Shown here one piece after another: positions 26,804-41,095 of a stretch of 64,000 bases of DNA. How positions within the stretch are numbered: position 1 is the stretch's first letter; each line of letters starts with the position of its first letter. The position numbers and the translations under genes are program-made. Source of the DNA: the human T2T-CHM13v2.0 reference genome, Homo sapiens; NCBI RefSeq assembly GCF_009914755.1, contig NC_060948.1; one strand, written 5' to 3'. The notes under the pieces were generated by a model. The model did no database searches, was not told the DNA's origin, and saw nothing but the letters and a program-made list of their open reading frames with translations.

Positions 26804-29800
26804 GAATTCATTGGAATGGAAGGGAATGTAGTGTAATGGACAGGCCTGGAATAAAGTGGAATGCTACGGTCTCGAATGGAATAAAAATGTATGGAATGGA
26901 ATGCAATGAAACGGAATCGAATGTCATAGAATGTAATGGAATGCAAAAAAATGGAATCCAAAATCATTGACTGGAAAGGCTGGGTGTCGAAAGGAATTGA
27001 CTCCAATGGTATGGAATCGAATGGAATGGAAGTGAATAGAATCGAACTAAATCGAATGGAATGGAATTGATAGGAACGGAATGGAAAGGAATGCAATGAA
27101 TTGGCATGGAATGGAATCGAATGGCATCGAATGCAATGGAATGGAATGCAATGGAATGGAATGTATTAGAATGTAATGAACTTTAATGGAATGTACTCGA
27201 ATGGATTCGACTGGAATGGAATGTTCTGGAAGTAAATGGACTCCAATGGAATGGATTCAAAAGGAATGTAATCGTACGGAATGGAATCTAATGGAATGGA
27301 ATTAAATGGAAATGAATCAAATTGAATAGCACGGAATTGAATTGAATGGAATGGAATGCAATGGAATCTAATGAAACGGAAAGGAAAGGAATGGAATGGA
27401 ATGGAATGGGCTGGAATGGAAAGGAATTGAAACGAATGGAATGGAATCGAACTGAAGAGACTGGAATGGAATGCACTGGAATGGAAGGGAGTGTAATGGA
27501 AGGTTCTCGAAAAAAATGGAATCGAATGGAATGGAATTGAATGGAACGGAATAGAGTCGAATGGAATTGAATGGAATGGAATGGACTAGAGTGAAATGGA
27601 ATCGAACCACAAGGAATGGACAGGAATAGAATGGTCTCGAATTGAATGGAATCGTATGGAATGGCATCAAACGGAATGGAATGGACAGCCACGGAATGGA
27701 ATGCACTCGAATGCAATGGAGTCGAAACGTCGAAACTAATGGACTGGAATAGAATGGACTCGACTGGTACGGACTCCAATGGAATGGAATCGAATGGAAG
27801 GGAATCGAACGGAATGGACTCGAAGGGAAAAGACTGCAATGGAAAGGTCTCGAATGGAATGGAAATTAATGGAATGGAATGGAATCGAATGAAATGGAGT
27901 CAAAAGGAATGGAATCGAATGGCAAGAAATCGAATGTAATGGAATCGCAAGGAATTGATGTGAACGGAACGGAATGGAATGGAATCCAAAGGAATGGAAT
28001 AGAATGGAATGGAATCGAATGGAAAGGACTCGAATGGAAATCACTCGAATAGAATGCAATTTAATAAAATAGGATCAAATGTAATGGAATGGAATGGAAA
28101 GGAATCGAAACAAAAGGAATGGAGACAGATGGAATGGAATGGAACAGAGAGCAATGGTATAGAATGGAATGGAATCATCTGGAATGGAATTGAATGGAAT
28201 GGAATAATATGAAATGGAATGGAATGGAATGGAATGGAATGTCCTTGAATTAAATGGACTGGAATGGAATGGACTCGAACAGAGTGGAATGGAAAGTGTT
28301 GAGATAGAATGCAATGGACTCCTTTGGAATGGTGTAGTATGCAATGCAATCGACTGGCAGGGAATCAAAAGGAATGTAATGGAATGGATTGGACTGGAAT
28401 GCAATGGACTCGAATAGATTGGAAACGGAATGCAAAGGAATGGAATGGAATAGTATGGAATGGAATGGAAAGGAATGGAGTGGAATAGACTAGAGTGGAA
28501 TGGAATGGACTGGAAAGCAATGGACTGGAATGGAACTTTCTTGAATGGACTGGAATCAAACGGAATGGAATGCAATGCAATCAAATGGCATGGAATAAAA
28601 TAGAATGAAAGAGAATCAAATGGAATTGAATCGAATGGAATCGAATGGATTGGAAAGGAATAGAATGGAATGGAATGGAATTGACTCAAATGGAATGGAC
28701 TAGAATGGAATGGATTCGAATGGAAGGCAAAGGAATGGAATCTATTGGAATGGACTGTAATGGAATGGAATGGAAGGGATTGGAATGGACTCGAATGGAA
28801 TGGACTGCAATAGAAAGGATTCGAATGGAATGAAAAAGAATTGAATGGAATAGAACAGAATGGAATCAAATCGAATGAAATGGAATGGAATAGAAAGGAA
28901 TGGAATGAAATGGAATGGAAAGGATTCGAATGGAATGCAATCGAATGGAATGGAATCGAACGGAATGGAATAAAATGGAAGAAAACTGGCAAGAAATGGA
29001 ATCGAAATGAATGGAGTGTTATGGAACGGACTCAAAAGGAATTGAATGTAATAGAATGGAGTGGAGTGGACTCGAATATAATGGACTGGAATGGAATGAA
29101 ATCACAAGGAATGGGAACGAATGGAATGGAATGGAAAGGAATGGAATCGAATGGAAAGGAATCGAATGGAAGGGAATGAAATTGAATCAACAGGAATGGA
29201 AGGGAATAGAATAGACGGTAATGGAATGGACTCGAATAGAATGGACACGAATGCTCAAATTGAATGGACTCGAATGGAATGGAAACGAAAGGAATGTCAT
29301 CGAATGGAATTGAATCGATTGGAATGAAATCGCATAGAATGGAGTGGAATCAAATGGAATTGAATCGAAAGGAAAGGAAGCGAATGGACTGAAATGAAAT
29401 GGAATGGAATTGAATGGAAAGTAATGCAATGGAATAGAATGGAACGAAATTTCACGGAATGGAATCAAACTGAATGGAATCAAATCAATGGAATCAAATC
29501 AAATGGAATGGAAAGGAATTGAATGGAGTAGATTGGATTGGATGGGATTGGAATGAAATGTACTGGAAAGGACTCGAATTTCATGAAACGGAATGGAATG
29601 AATTGGAACGGAATGGACTCGAATGGAATGGAATGTCATGGAATGGCATCAAATGGAATGGCATCAAATGGAATGGAATCGAATGCAATGGAATGTTATG
29701 GAATGGAATGGAATGCATTGGAATGGAATGTCCTGTAATGGAATGGATTCGAGTGGAATGGAATCGAATATAATGGAGTCGAATGAAATGGAATTGAAAG

Positions 29801-30380
29801 GAATGGGATCGAATACAATGGAATATACTGGAATGTAATGTAATGAACTCGAATGTAATTGACTGGAATGGAATGTACATGAATGGAATGTAATCGAATG
29901 GAAAGTAATCCAATGGAATAGAATCTAATGCAATAAAATCGACTCAGATAGAGTAGAATGTAATGGAATGGAGTGCAGTGCAATGGAATGGAATGGAATG
30001 GAATGCAATGGAATGGAATGGAATGGAATGGAATGGAATGGAATGGGATGGATTGGGATGGAATGGGATGGAATGGATAGTAATGGACTGGAGTGAAATG
30101 GACTGGAAAGGAATGGACTCAAATTGATAGGGCTCGAAAGGAATGGAGTCAAATGGAATGGTCTGGAATGGAATGAACACGAATGTAATGCAATCCAATA
30201 GAATGGAATCGAATGGCATGGAATATAAAGAAATGGAATCGAAGAGAATGGAAACAAATGGAATGGAATTGAATGGAATGGAATTGAATGGAATGGGAAC
30301 GAATGGAGTGAAATTGTATGCAGTAGAAGGGAATAGAATGGAATGCAAGCGAAAGGAAAGGAATGGATTGGAATGGAATG
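26804..30380. repeat. DYZ1 EcoRI unit 8, 3,577 bp (+8)
   Basis: GAATTC at 26804 and 30381; 8-bp duplication at 27721-27736. Confidence 0.9.
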
Positions 30381-33300
30381 GAATTCATTGGAATGGAAGG
30401 GAATGTAGTGTAATGGACAGGCCTGGAATAAAGTGGAATGCTACGGTCTCGAATGGAATAAAAATGTATGGAATGGAATGCAATGAAACGGAATCGAATG
30501 TCATAGAATGTAATGGAATGCAAAAAAATGGAATCCAAAATCATTGACTGGAAAGGCTGGGTGTCGAAAGGAATTGACTCCAATGGAATGGAATCGAATG
30601 GAATGGAAGTGAATAGAATCGAACTAAATCGAATGGAATGGAATTGATAGGAACGGAATGGAAAGGAATGCAATGATTTGGCATGGAATGGAATCGAATG
30701 GCATCGAATGGAATGGAATGGAATGCAATGGAATGGAATGTATTAGAATGTAATGAACTTTAATGGAATGTACTCGAATGGATTCGACTGGAATGGAATG
30801 TTCTGGAAGTGAATGGACTCCAATGGAATGGATTCAAAAGGAATGGAATCGTACGGAATGGAATCTAATGGAATGGAATTAAATGGAAATGAATCAAATT
30901 GAATAGCACGGAATTGAATTGAATGGAATGGAATGCAATGGAATCTAATGAAACGGAAAGGAAAGGAATGGAATGGAATGGAATGGGCTGGAATGGAAAG
31001 GAATCGAAACGAATGGAATGGAATCGAACTGAAGAGACTGGAATGGAATGCACTGGAATGGAAGGGAGTGTAATGGAAGGTTCTCGAAAAAAATGGAATC
31101 GAATGGAATGGAATTGAATGGAACGGAATAGAGTCGAATGGAATTGAATGGAATGGAATGGACTAGAGTGAAATGGAATCGAACCACAAGGAATGGACAG
31201 GAATAGAATGGTCTCGAATTGAATGGAATCGTATGGAATGGCATCAAACGGAATGGAATGGACAGCCACGGAATGGAATGCACTCGAATGCAATGGAGTC
31301 GAAACTAATGGACTGGAATAGAATGGACTCGACTGGTACGGACTCCAATGGAATGGAATCGAATGGAAGGGAATCGAACGGAATGGACTCGAAGGGAAAA
31401 GACTGCAATGGAAAGGTCTCGAATGGAATGGAAATTAATGGAATGGAATGGAATCGAATGAAATGGAGTCAAAAGGAATGGAATCGAATGGCAAGAAATC
31501 GAATGTAATGGAATCGCAAGGAATTGATGTGAACGGAACGGAATGGAATGGAATCCAAAGGAATGGAATAGAATGGAATGGAATCGAATGGAAAGGACTC
31601 GAATGGAAATCACTCGAATAGAATGCAATTTAATAAAATAGGATCAAATGGAATGGAATGGAATGGAAAGGAATCGAAACGAAAGGAATGGAGACAGATG
31701 GAATGGAATGGAACAGAGAGCAATGGTATAGAATGGAATGGAATCATCTGGAATGGAATTGAATGGAATGGAATAATATGAAATGGAATGGAATGGAATG
31801 GAATGGAATGCCCTTGAATTAAATGGACTGGAATGGAATGGACTCGAACAGAGTGGAATGGAAAGTGTTGAGATAGAATGCAATGGACTCCTTTGGAATG
31901 GTGTAGTATGCAATGCAATCGACTGGCAGGGAATCAAAAGGAATGTAATCGAATGGATTGGACTGGAATGCAATGGACTCGAATAGATTGGAAACGGAAT
32001 GCAAAGGAATGGAATGGAATAGTATGGAATGGAATGGAAAGGAATGGAGTGGAATAGACTAGAGTGGAATGGAATGGACTGGAAAGCAATGGACTGGAAT
32101 GGAACTTTCTTGAATGGACTGGAATCAAACGGAATGGAATGCAATGCAATCAAATGGCATGGAATAAAATAGAATGAAAGAGAATCAAATGGAATTGAAT
32201 CGAATGGAATCGAATGGATTGGAAAGGAATAGAATGGAATGGAATGGAATTGACTCAAATGGAATGGACTAGAATGGAATGGATTCGAATGGAAGGCAAA
32301 GGAATGGAATCTATTGGAATGGACTGTAATGGAATGGAATGGAAGGGATTGGAATGGACTCGAATGGAATGGACTGCAATAGAAAGGATTCGAATGGAAT
32401 GAAAAAGAATTGAATGGAATAGAACAGAATGGAATCAAATCGAATGAAATGGAATGGAATAGAAAGGAATGGAATGAAATGGAATGGAAAGGATTCGAAT
32501 GGAATGCAATCGAATGGAATGGAATCGAACGGAATGGAATAAAATGGAAGAAAACTGGCAAGAAATGGAATCGAAATGAATGGAGTGTTATGGAACGGAC
32601 TCAAAAGGAATTGAATGTAATAGAATGGAGTGGAGTGGACTCGAATATAATGGACTGGAATGGAATGAAATCACATGGAATGGGAACGAATGGAATGGAA
32701 TGGAAAGGAATGGAATCGAATGGAAAGGAATCGAATGGAAGGGAATGAAATTGAATCAACAGGAATGGAAGGGAATAGAATAGACGGTAATGGAATGGAC
32801 TCGAATAGAATGGACACGAATGCTGAAATTGAATGGACTCGAATGGAATGGAAACGAAAGGAATGTCATCGAATGGAATTGAATCGATTGGAATGAAATC
32901 GCATAGAATGGAGTGGAATCAAATGGAATTGAATCGAAAGGAAAGGAAGCGAATGGACTGAAATGAAATGGAATGGAATTGAATGGAAAGTAATGCAATG
33001 GAATAGAATGGAACGAAATTTCACGGAATGGAATCAAACTGAATGGAATCAAATCAATGGAATCAAATCAAATGGAATGGAAAGGAATTGAATGGAGTAG
33101 ATTGGATTGGATGGGATTGGAATGAAATGTACTGGAAAGGACTCGAATTTCATGAAACGGAATGGAATGAATTGGAACGGAATGGACTCGAATGGAATGG
33201 AATGTCATGGAATGGCATCAAATGGAATGGCATCAAATGGAATGGAATCGAATGCAATGGAATGCTATGGAATGGAATGGAATGCATTGGAATGGAATGT

Positions 33301-33949
33301 CCTCTAATGGAATGGATTCGAGTGGAATGGAATCGAATATAATGGAGTCGAATGAAATGGAATTGAAAGGAGTGGGATCGAATACAATGGAATATACTGG
33401 AATGTAATGTAATGAACTCGAATGTAATTGACTGGAATGGAATGTACATGAATGGAATGTAATCGAATGGAAAGTAATCCAATGGAATAGAATCTAATGC
33501 AATAAAACCGACTCAGATAGAGTAGAATGTAATGGAATGGAGTGCAGTGCAATGGAATGGAATGGAATGGAATGCAATGGAATGGAATGGAATGGAATGG
33601 AATGGAATTGAATGGAATGGAATGGGATGGAATGGGATGGAATGGATAGTAATGGACTGGAGTGAAATGGACTGGAAAGGAATGGACTCAAATTGAAAGG
33701 GCTCGAAAGGAATGGAGTCAAATGGAATGGTCTGGAATGGAATGAACACGAATGTAATGCAATCCAATAGAATGGAATCGAATGGCATGGAATATAAAGA
33801 AATGGAATCGAAGAGAATGGAAACAAATGGAATGGAATTGAATGGAATGGAATTGAATGGAATGGGAACGAATGGAGTGAAATTGTATGCAGTAGAAGGG
33901 AATAGAATGGAATGCAAGCGAAAGGAAAGGAATGGATTGGAATGGAATG
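30381..33949. repeat. DYZ1 EcoRI unit 9, 3,569 bp
   Basis: GAATTC at 30381 and 33950. Confidence 0.9.
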
Positions 33950-36900
33950 GAATTCATTGGAATGGAAGGGAATGTAGTGTAATGGACAGGCCTGGAATAA
34001 AGTGGAATGCTACGGTCTCGAATGGAATAAAAATGTATGGAATGGAATGCAATGAAACGGAATCGAATGTCATAGAATGTAATGGAATGCAAAAAAATGG
34101 AATCCAAAATCATTGACTGGAAAGGCTGGGTGTCGAAAGGAATTGACTCCAATGGAATGGAATCGAATGGAATGGAAGTGAATAGAATCGAACTAAATCG
34201 AATGGAATGGAATTGATAGGAACGGAATGGAAAGGAATGCAATGATTTGGCATGGAATGGAATCGAATGGCATCGAATGGAATGGAATGGAATGCAATGG
34301 AATGGAATGTATTAGAATGTAATGAACTTTAATGGAATGTACTCGAATGGATTCGACTGGAATGGAATGTTCTGGAAGTGAATGGACTCCAATGGAATGG
34401 ATTCAAAAGGAATGGAATCGTACGGAATGGAATCTAATGGAATGGAATTAAATGGAAATGAATCAAATTGAATAGCACGGAATTGAATTGAATGGAATGG
34501 AATGCAATGGAATCTAATGAAACGGAAAGGAAAGGAATGGAATGGAATGGAATGGGCTGGAATGGAAAGGAATCGAAACGAATGGAATGGAATCGAACTG
34601 AAGAGACTGGAATGGAATGCACTGGAATGGAAGGGAGTGTAATGGAAGGTTCTCGAAAAAAATGGAATCGAATGGAATGGAATTGAATGGAACGGAATAG
34701 AGTCGAATGGAATTGAATGGAATGGAATGGACTAGAGTGAAATGGAATCGAACCACAAGGAATGGACAGGAATAGAATGGTCTCGAATTGAATGGAATCG
34801 TATGGAATGGCATCAAACGGAATGGAATGGACAGCCACGGAATGGAATGCACTCGAATGCAATGGAGTCGAAACTAATGGACTGGAATAGAATGGACTCG
34901 ACTGGTACGGACTCCAATGGAATGGAATCGAATGGAAGGGAATCGAACGGAATGGACTCGAAGGGAAAAGACTGCAATGGAAAGGTCTCGAATGGAATGG
35001 AAATTAATGGAATGGAATGGAATCGAATGAAATGGAGTCAAAAGGAATGGAATCGAATGGCAAGAAATCGAATGTAATGGAATCGCAAGGAATTGATGTG
35101 AACGGAACGGAATGGAATGGAATCCAAAGGAATGGAATAGAATGGAATGGAATCGAATGGAAAGGACTCGAATGGAAATCACTCGAATAGAATGCAATTT
35201 AATAAAATAGGATCAAATGGAATGGAATGGAATGGAAAGGAATCGAAATGAAAGGAATGGAGACAGATGGAATGGAATGGAACAGAGAGCAATGGTATAG
35301 AATGGAATGGAATCATCTGGAATGGAATTGAATGGAATGGAATAATATGAAATGGAATGGAATGGAATGGAATGGAATGCCCTTGAATTAAATGGACTGG
35401 AATGGAATGGACTCGAACAGAGTGGAATGGAAAGTGTTGAGATAGAATGCAATGGACTCCTTTGGAATGGTGTAGTATGCAATGCAATCGACTGGCAGGG
35501 AATCAAAAGGAATGTAATGGAATGGATTGGACTGGAATGCAATGGACTCGAATAGATTGGAAACGGAATGCAAAGGAATGGAATGGAATAGTATGGAATG
35601 GAATGGAAAGGAATGGAGTGGAATAGACTAGAGTGGAATGGAATGGACTGGAAAGCAATGGACTGGAATGGAACTTTCTTGAATGGACTGGAATCAAACG
35701 GAATGGAATGCAATGCAATCAAATGGCATGGAATAAAATAGAATGAAAGAGAATCAAATGGAATTGAATCGAATGGAATCGAATGGATTGGAAAGGAATA
35801 GAATGGAATGGAATTGAATTGACTCAAATGGAATGGACTAGAATGGAATGGATTCGAATGGAAGGCAAAGGAATGGAATCTATTGGAATGGACTGTAATG
35901 GAATGGAATGGAAGGGATTGGAATGGACTCGAATGGAATGGACTGCAATAGAAAGGATTCGAATGGAATGAAAAAGAATTGAATGGAATAGAACAGAATG
36001 GAATCAAATCGAATGAAATGGAATGGAATAGAAAGGAATGGAATGAAATGGAATGGAAAGGATTCGAATGGAATGCAATCGAATGGAATGGAATCGAACG
36101 GAATGGAATAAAATGGAAGAAAACTGGCAAGAAATGGAATCGAAATGAATGGAGTGTTATGGAACGGACTCAAAAGGAATTGAATGTAATAGAATGGAGT
36201 GGAGTGGACTCGAATATAATGGACTGGAATGGAATGAAATCACAAGGAATGGGAACGAATGGAATGGAATGGAAAGGAATGGAATCGAATGGAAAGGAAT
36301 CGAATGGAAGGGAATGAAATTGAATCAACAGGAATGGAAGGGAATAGAATAGACGGTAATGGAATGGACTCGAATAGAATGGACACGAATGCTCAAATTG
36401 AATGGACTCGAATGGAATGGAAACGAAAGGAATGTCATCGAATGGAATTGAATGGATTGGAATGAAATCGCATAGAATGGAGTGGAATCAAATGGAATTG
36501 AATCGAAAGGAAAGGAAGCGAATGGACTGAAATGAAATGGAATGGAATTGAATGGAAAGTAATGCAATGGAATAGAATGGAACGAAATTTCACGGAATGG
36601 AATCAAACTGAATGGAATCAAATCAATGGAATCAAATCAAATGGAATGGAAAGGAATTGAATGGAGTAGATTGGATTGGATGGGATTGGAATGAAATGTA
36701 CTGGAAAGGACTCGAATTTCATGAAACGGAATGGAATGAATTGGAACGGAATGGACTCGAATGGAATGGAATGTCATGGAATGGCATCAAATGGAATGGC
36801 ATCAAATGGAATGGAATCGAATGCAATGGAATGCTATGGAATGGAATGGAATGCATTGGAATGGAATGTCCTCTATTGGAATGGATTCGAGTGGAATGGA

Positions 36901-37518
36901 ATCGAATATAATGGAGTCGAATGAAATGGAATTGAAAGGAGTGGGATCGAATACAATGGAATATACTGGAATGTAATGTAATGAACTCGAATGTAATTGA
37001 CTGGAATGGAATGTACATGAATGGAATGTAATCGAATGGAAAGTAATCCAATGGAATAGAATCTAATGCAATAAAACCGACTCAGATAGAGTAGAATGTA
37101 ATGGAATGGAGTGCAGTGCAATGGAATGGAATGGAATGGAATGCAATGGAATGGAATGGAATGGAATGGAATGGAATGGAATGGAATGGAATGGGATGGA
37201 ATGGGATGGAATGGATAGTAATGGACTGGAGTGAAATGGACTGGAAAGGAATGGACTCAAATTGAAAGGGCTCGAAAGGAATGGAGTCAAATGGAATGGT
37301 CTGGAATGGAATGAACACGAATGTAATGCAATCCAATAGAATGGAATCGAATGGCATGGAATATAAAGAAATGGAATCGAAGAGAATGGAAACAAATGGA
37401 ATGGAATTGAATGGAATGGAATTGAATGGAATGGGAACGAATGGAGTGAAATTGTATGCAGTAGAAGGGAATAGAATGGAATGCAAGCGAAAGGAAAGGA
37501 ATGGATTGGAATGGAATG
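33950..37518. repeat. DYZ1 EcoRI unit 10, 3,569 bp
   Basis: GAATTC at 33950 and 37519. Confidence 0.9.
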
Positions 37519-40500
37519 GAATTCATTGGAATGGAAGGGAATGTAGTGTAATGGACAGGCCTGGAATAAAGTGGAATGCTACGGTCTCGAATGGAATAAA
37601 AATGTATGGAATGGAATGCAATGAAACGGAATCGAATGTCATAGAATGTAATGGAATGCAAAAAAATGGAATCCAAAATCATTGACTGGAAAGGCTGGGT
37701 GTCGAAAGGAATTGACTCCAATGGTATGGAATCGAATGGAATGGAAGTGAATAGAATCGAACTAAATCGAATGGAATGGAATTGATAGGAACGGAATGGA
37801 AAGGAATGCAATGAATTGGCATGGAATGGAATCGAATGGCATCGAATGCAATGGAATGGAATGCAATGGAATGGAATGTATTAGAATGTAATGAACTTTA
37901 ATGGAATGTACTCGAATGGATTCGACTGGAATGGAATGTTCTGGAAGTAAATGGACTCCAATGGAATGGATTCAAAAGGAATGTAATCGTACGGAATGGA
38001 ATCTAATGGAATGGAATTAAATGGAAATGAATCAAATTGAATAGCACGGAATTGAATTGAATGGAATGGAATGCAATGGAATCTAATGAAACGGAAAGGA
38101 AAGGAATGGAATGGAATGGAATGGGCTGGAATGGAAAGGAATTGAAACGAATGGAATGGAATCGAACTGAAGAGACTGGAATGGAATGCACTGGAATGGA
38201 AGGGAGTGTAATGGAAGGTTCTCGAAAAAAATGGAATCGAATGGAATGGAATTGAATGGAACGGAATAGAGTCGAATGGAATTGAATGGAATGGAATGGA
38301 CTAGAGTGAAATGGAATCGAACCACAAGGAATGGACAGGAATAGAATGGTCTCGAATTGAATGGAATCGTATGGAATGGCATCAAACGGAATGGAATGGA
38401 CAGCCACGGAATGGAATGCACTCGAATGCAATGGAGTCGAAACGTCGAAACTAATGGACTGGAATAGAATGGACTCGACTGGTACGGACTCCAATGGAAT
38501 GGAATCGAATGGAAGGGAATCGAACGGAATGGACTCGAAGGGAAAAGACTGCAATGGAAAGGTCTCGAATGGAATGGAAATTAATGGAATGGAATGGAAT
38601 CGAATGAAATGGAGTCAAAAGGAATGGAATCGAATGGCAAGAAATCGAATGTAATGGAATCGCAAGGAATTGATGTGAACGGAACGGAATGGAATGGAAT
38701 CCAAAGGAATGGAATAGAATGGAATGGAATCGAATGGAAAGGACTCGAATGGAAATCACTCGAATAGAATGCAATTTAATAAAATAGGATCAAATGTAAT
38801 GGAATGGAATGGAAAGGAATCGAAACAAAAGGAATGGAGACAGATGGAATGGAATGGAACAGAGAGCAATGGTATAGAATGGAATGGAATCATCTGGAAT
38901 GGAATTGAATGGAATGGAATAATATGAAATGGAATGGAATGGAATGGAATGGAATGTCCTTGAATTAAATGGACTGGAATGGAATGGACTCGAACAGAGT
39001 GGAATGGAAAGTGTTGAGATAGAATGCAATGGACTCCTTTGGAATGGTGTAGTATGCAATGCAATCGACTGGCAGGGAATCAAAAGGAATGTAATGGAAT
39101 GGATTGGACTGGAATGCAATGGACTCGAATAGATTGGAAACGGAATGCAAAGGAATGGAATGGAATAGTATGGAATGGAATGGAAAGGAATGGAGTGGAA
39201 TAGACTAGAGTGGAATGGAATGGACTGGAAAGCAATGGACTGGAATGGAACTTTCTTGAATGGACTGGAATCAAACGGAATGGAATGCAATGCAATCAAA
39301 TGGCATGGAATAAAATAGAATGAAAGAGAATCAAATGGAATTGAATCGAATGGAATCGAATGGATTGGAAAGGAATAGAATGGAATGGAATGGAATTGAC
39401 TCAAATGGAATGGACTAGAATGGAATGGATTCGAATGGAAGGCAAAGGAATGGAATCTATTGGAATGGACTGTAATGGAATGGAATGGAAGGGATTGGAA
39501 TGGACTCGAATGGAATGGACTGCAATAGAAAGGATTCGAATGGAATGAAAAAGAATTGAATGGAATAGAACAGAATGGAATCAAATCGAATGAAATGGAA
39601 TGGAATAGAAAGGAATGGAATGAAATGGAATGGAAAGGATTCGAATGGAATGCAATCGAATGGAATGGAATCGAACGGAATGGAATAAAATGGAAGAAAA
39701 CTGGCAAGAAATGGAATCGAAATGAATGGAGTGTTATGGAACGGACTCAAAAGGAATTGAATGTAATAGAATGGAGTGGAGTGGACTCGAATATAATGGA
39801 CTGGAATGGAATGAAATCACAAGGAATGGGAACGAATGGAATGGAATGGAAAGGAATGGAATCGAATGGAAAGGAATCGAATGGAAGGGAATGAAATTGA
39901 ATCAACAGGAATGGAAGGGAATAGAATAGACGGTAATGGAATGGACTCGAATAGAATGGACACGAATGCTCAAATTGAATGGACTCGAATGGAATGGAAA
40001 CGAAAGGAATGTCATCGAATGGAATTGAATGGATTGGAATGAAATCGCATAGAATGGAGTGGAATCAAATGGAATTGAATCGAAAGGAAAGGAAGCGAAT
40101 GGACTGAAATGAAATGGAATGGAATTGAATGGAAAGTAATGCAATGGAATAGAATGGAACGAAATTTCACGGAATGGAATCAAACTGAATGGAATCAAAT
40201 CAATGGAATCAAATCAAATGGAATGGAAAGGAATTGAATGGAGTAGATTGGATTGGATGGGATTGGAATGAAATGTACTGGAAAGGACTCGAATTTCATG
40301 AAACGGAATGGAATGAATTGGAACGGAATGGACTCGAATGGAATGGAATGTCATGGAATGGCATCAAATGGAATGGCATCAAATGGAATGGAATCGAATG
40401 CAATGGAATGTTATGGAATGGAATGGAATGCATTGGAATGGAATGTCCTGTAATGGAATGGATTCGAGTGGAATGGAATCGAATATAATGGAGTCGAATG

Positions 40501-41095
40501 AAATGGAATTGAAAGGAATGGGATCGAATACAATGGAATATACTGGAATGTAATGTAATGAACTCGAATGTAATTGACTGGAATGGAATGTACATGAATG
40601 GAATGTAATCGAATGGAAAGTAATCCAATGGAATAGAATCTAATGCAATAAAATCGACTCAGATAGAGTAGAATGTAATGGAATGGAGTGCAGTGCAATG
40701 GAATGGAATGGAATGGAATGCAATGGAATGGAATGGAATGGAATGGAATGGAATGGAATGGGATGGATTGGGATGGAATGGGATGGAATGGATAGTAATG
40801 GACTGGAGTGAAATGGACTGGAAAGGAATGGACTCAAATTGATAGGGCTCGAAAGGAATGGAGTCAAATGGAATGGTCTGGAATGGAATGAACACGAATG
40901 TAATGCAATCCAATAGAATGGAATCGAATGGCATGGAATATAAAGAAATGGAATCGAAGAGAATGGAAACAAATGGAATGGAATTGAATGGAATGGAATT
41001 GAATGGAATGGGAACGAATGGAGTGAAATTGTATGCAGTAGAAGGGAATAGAATGGAATGCAAGCGAAAGGAAAGGAATGGATTGGAATGGAATG
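37519..41095. repeat. DYZ1 EcoRI unit 11, 3,577 bp (+8)
   Basis: GAATTC at 37519 and 41096; 8-bp duplication at 38436-38451. Confidence 0.9.
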
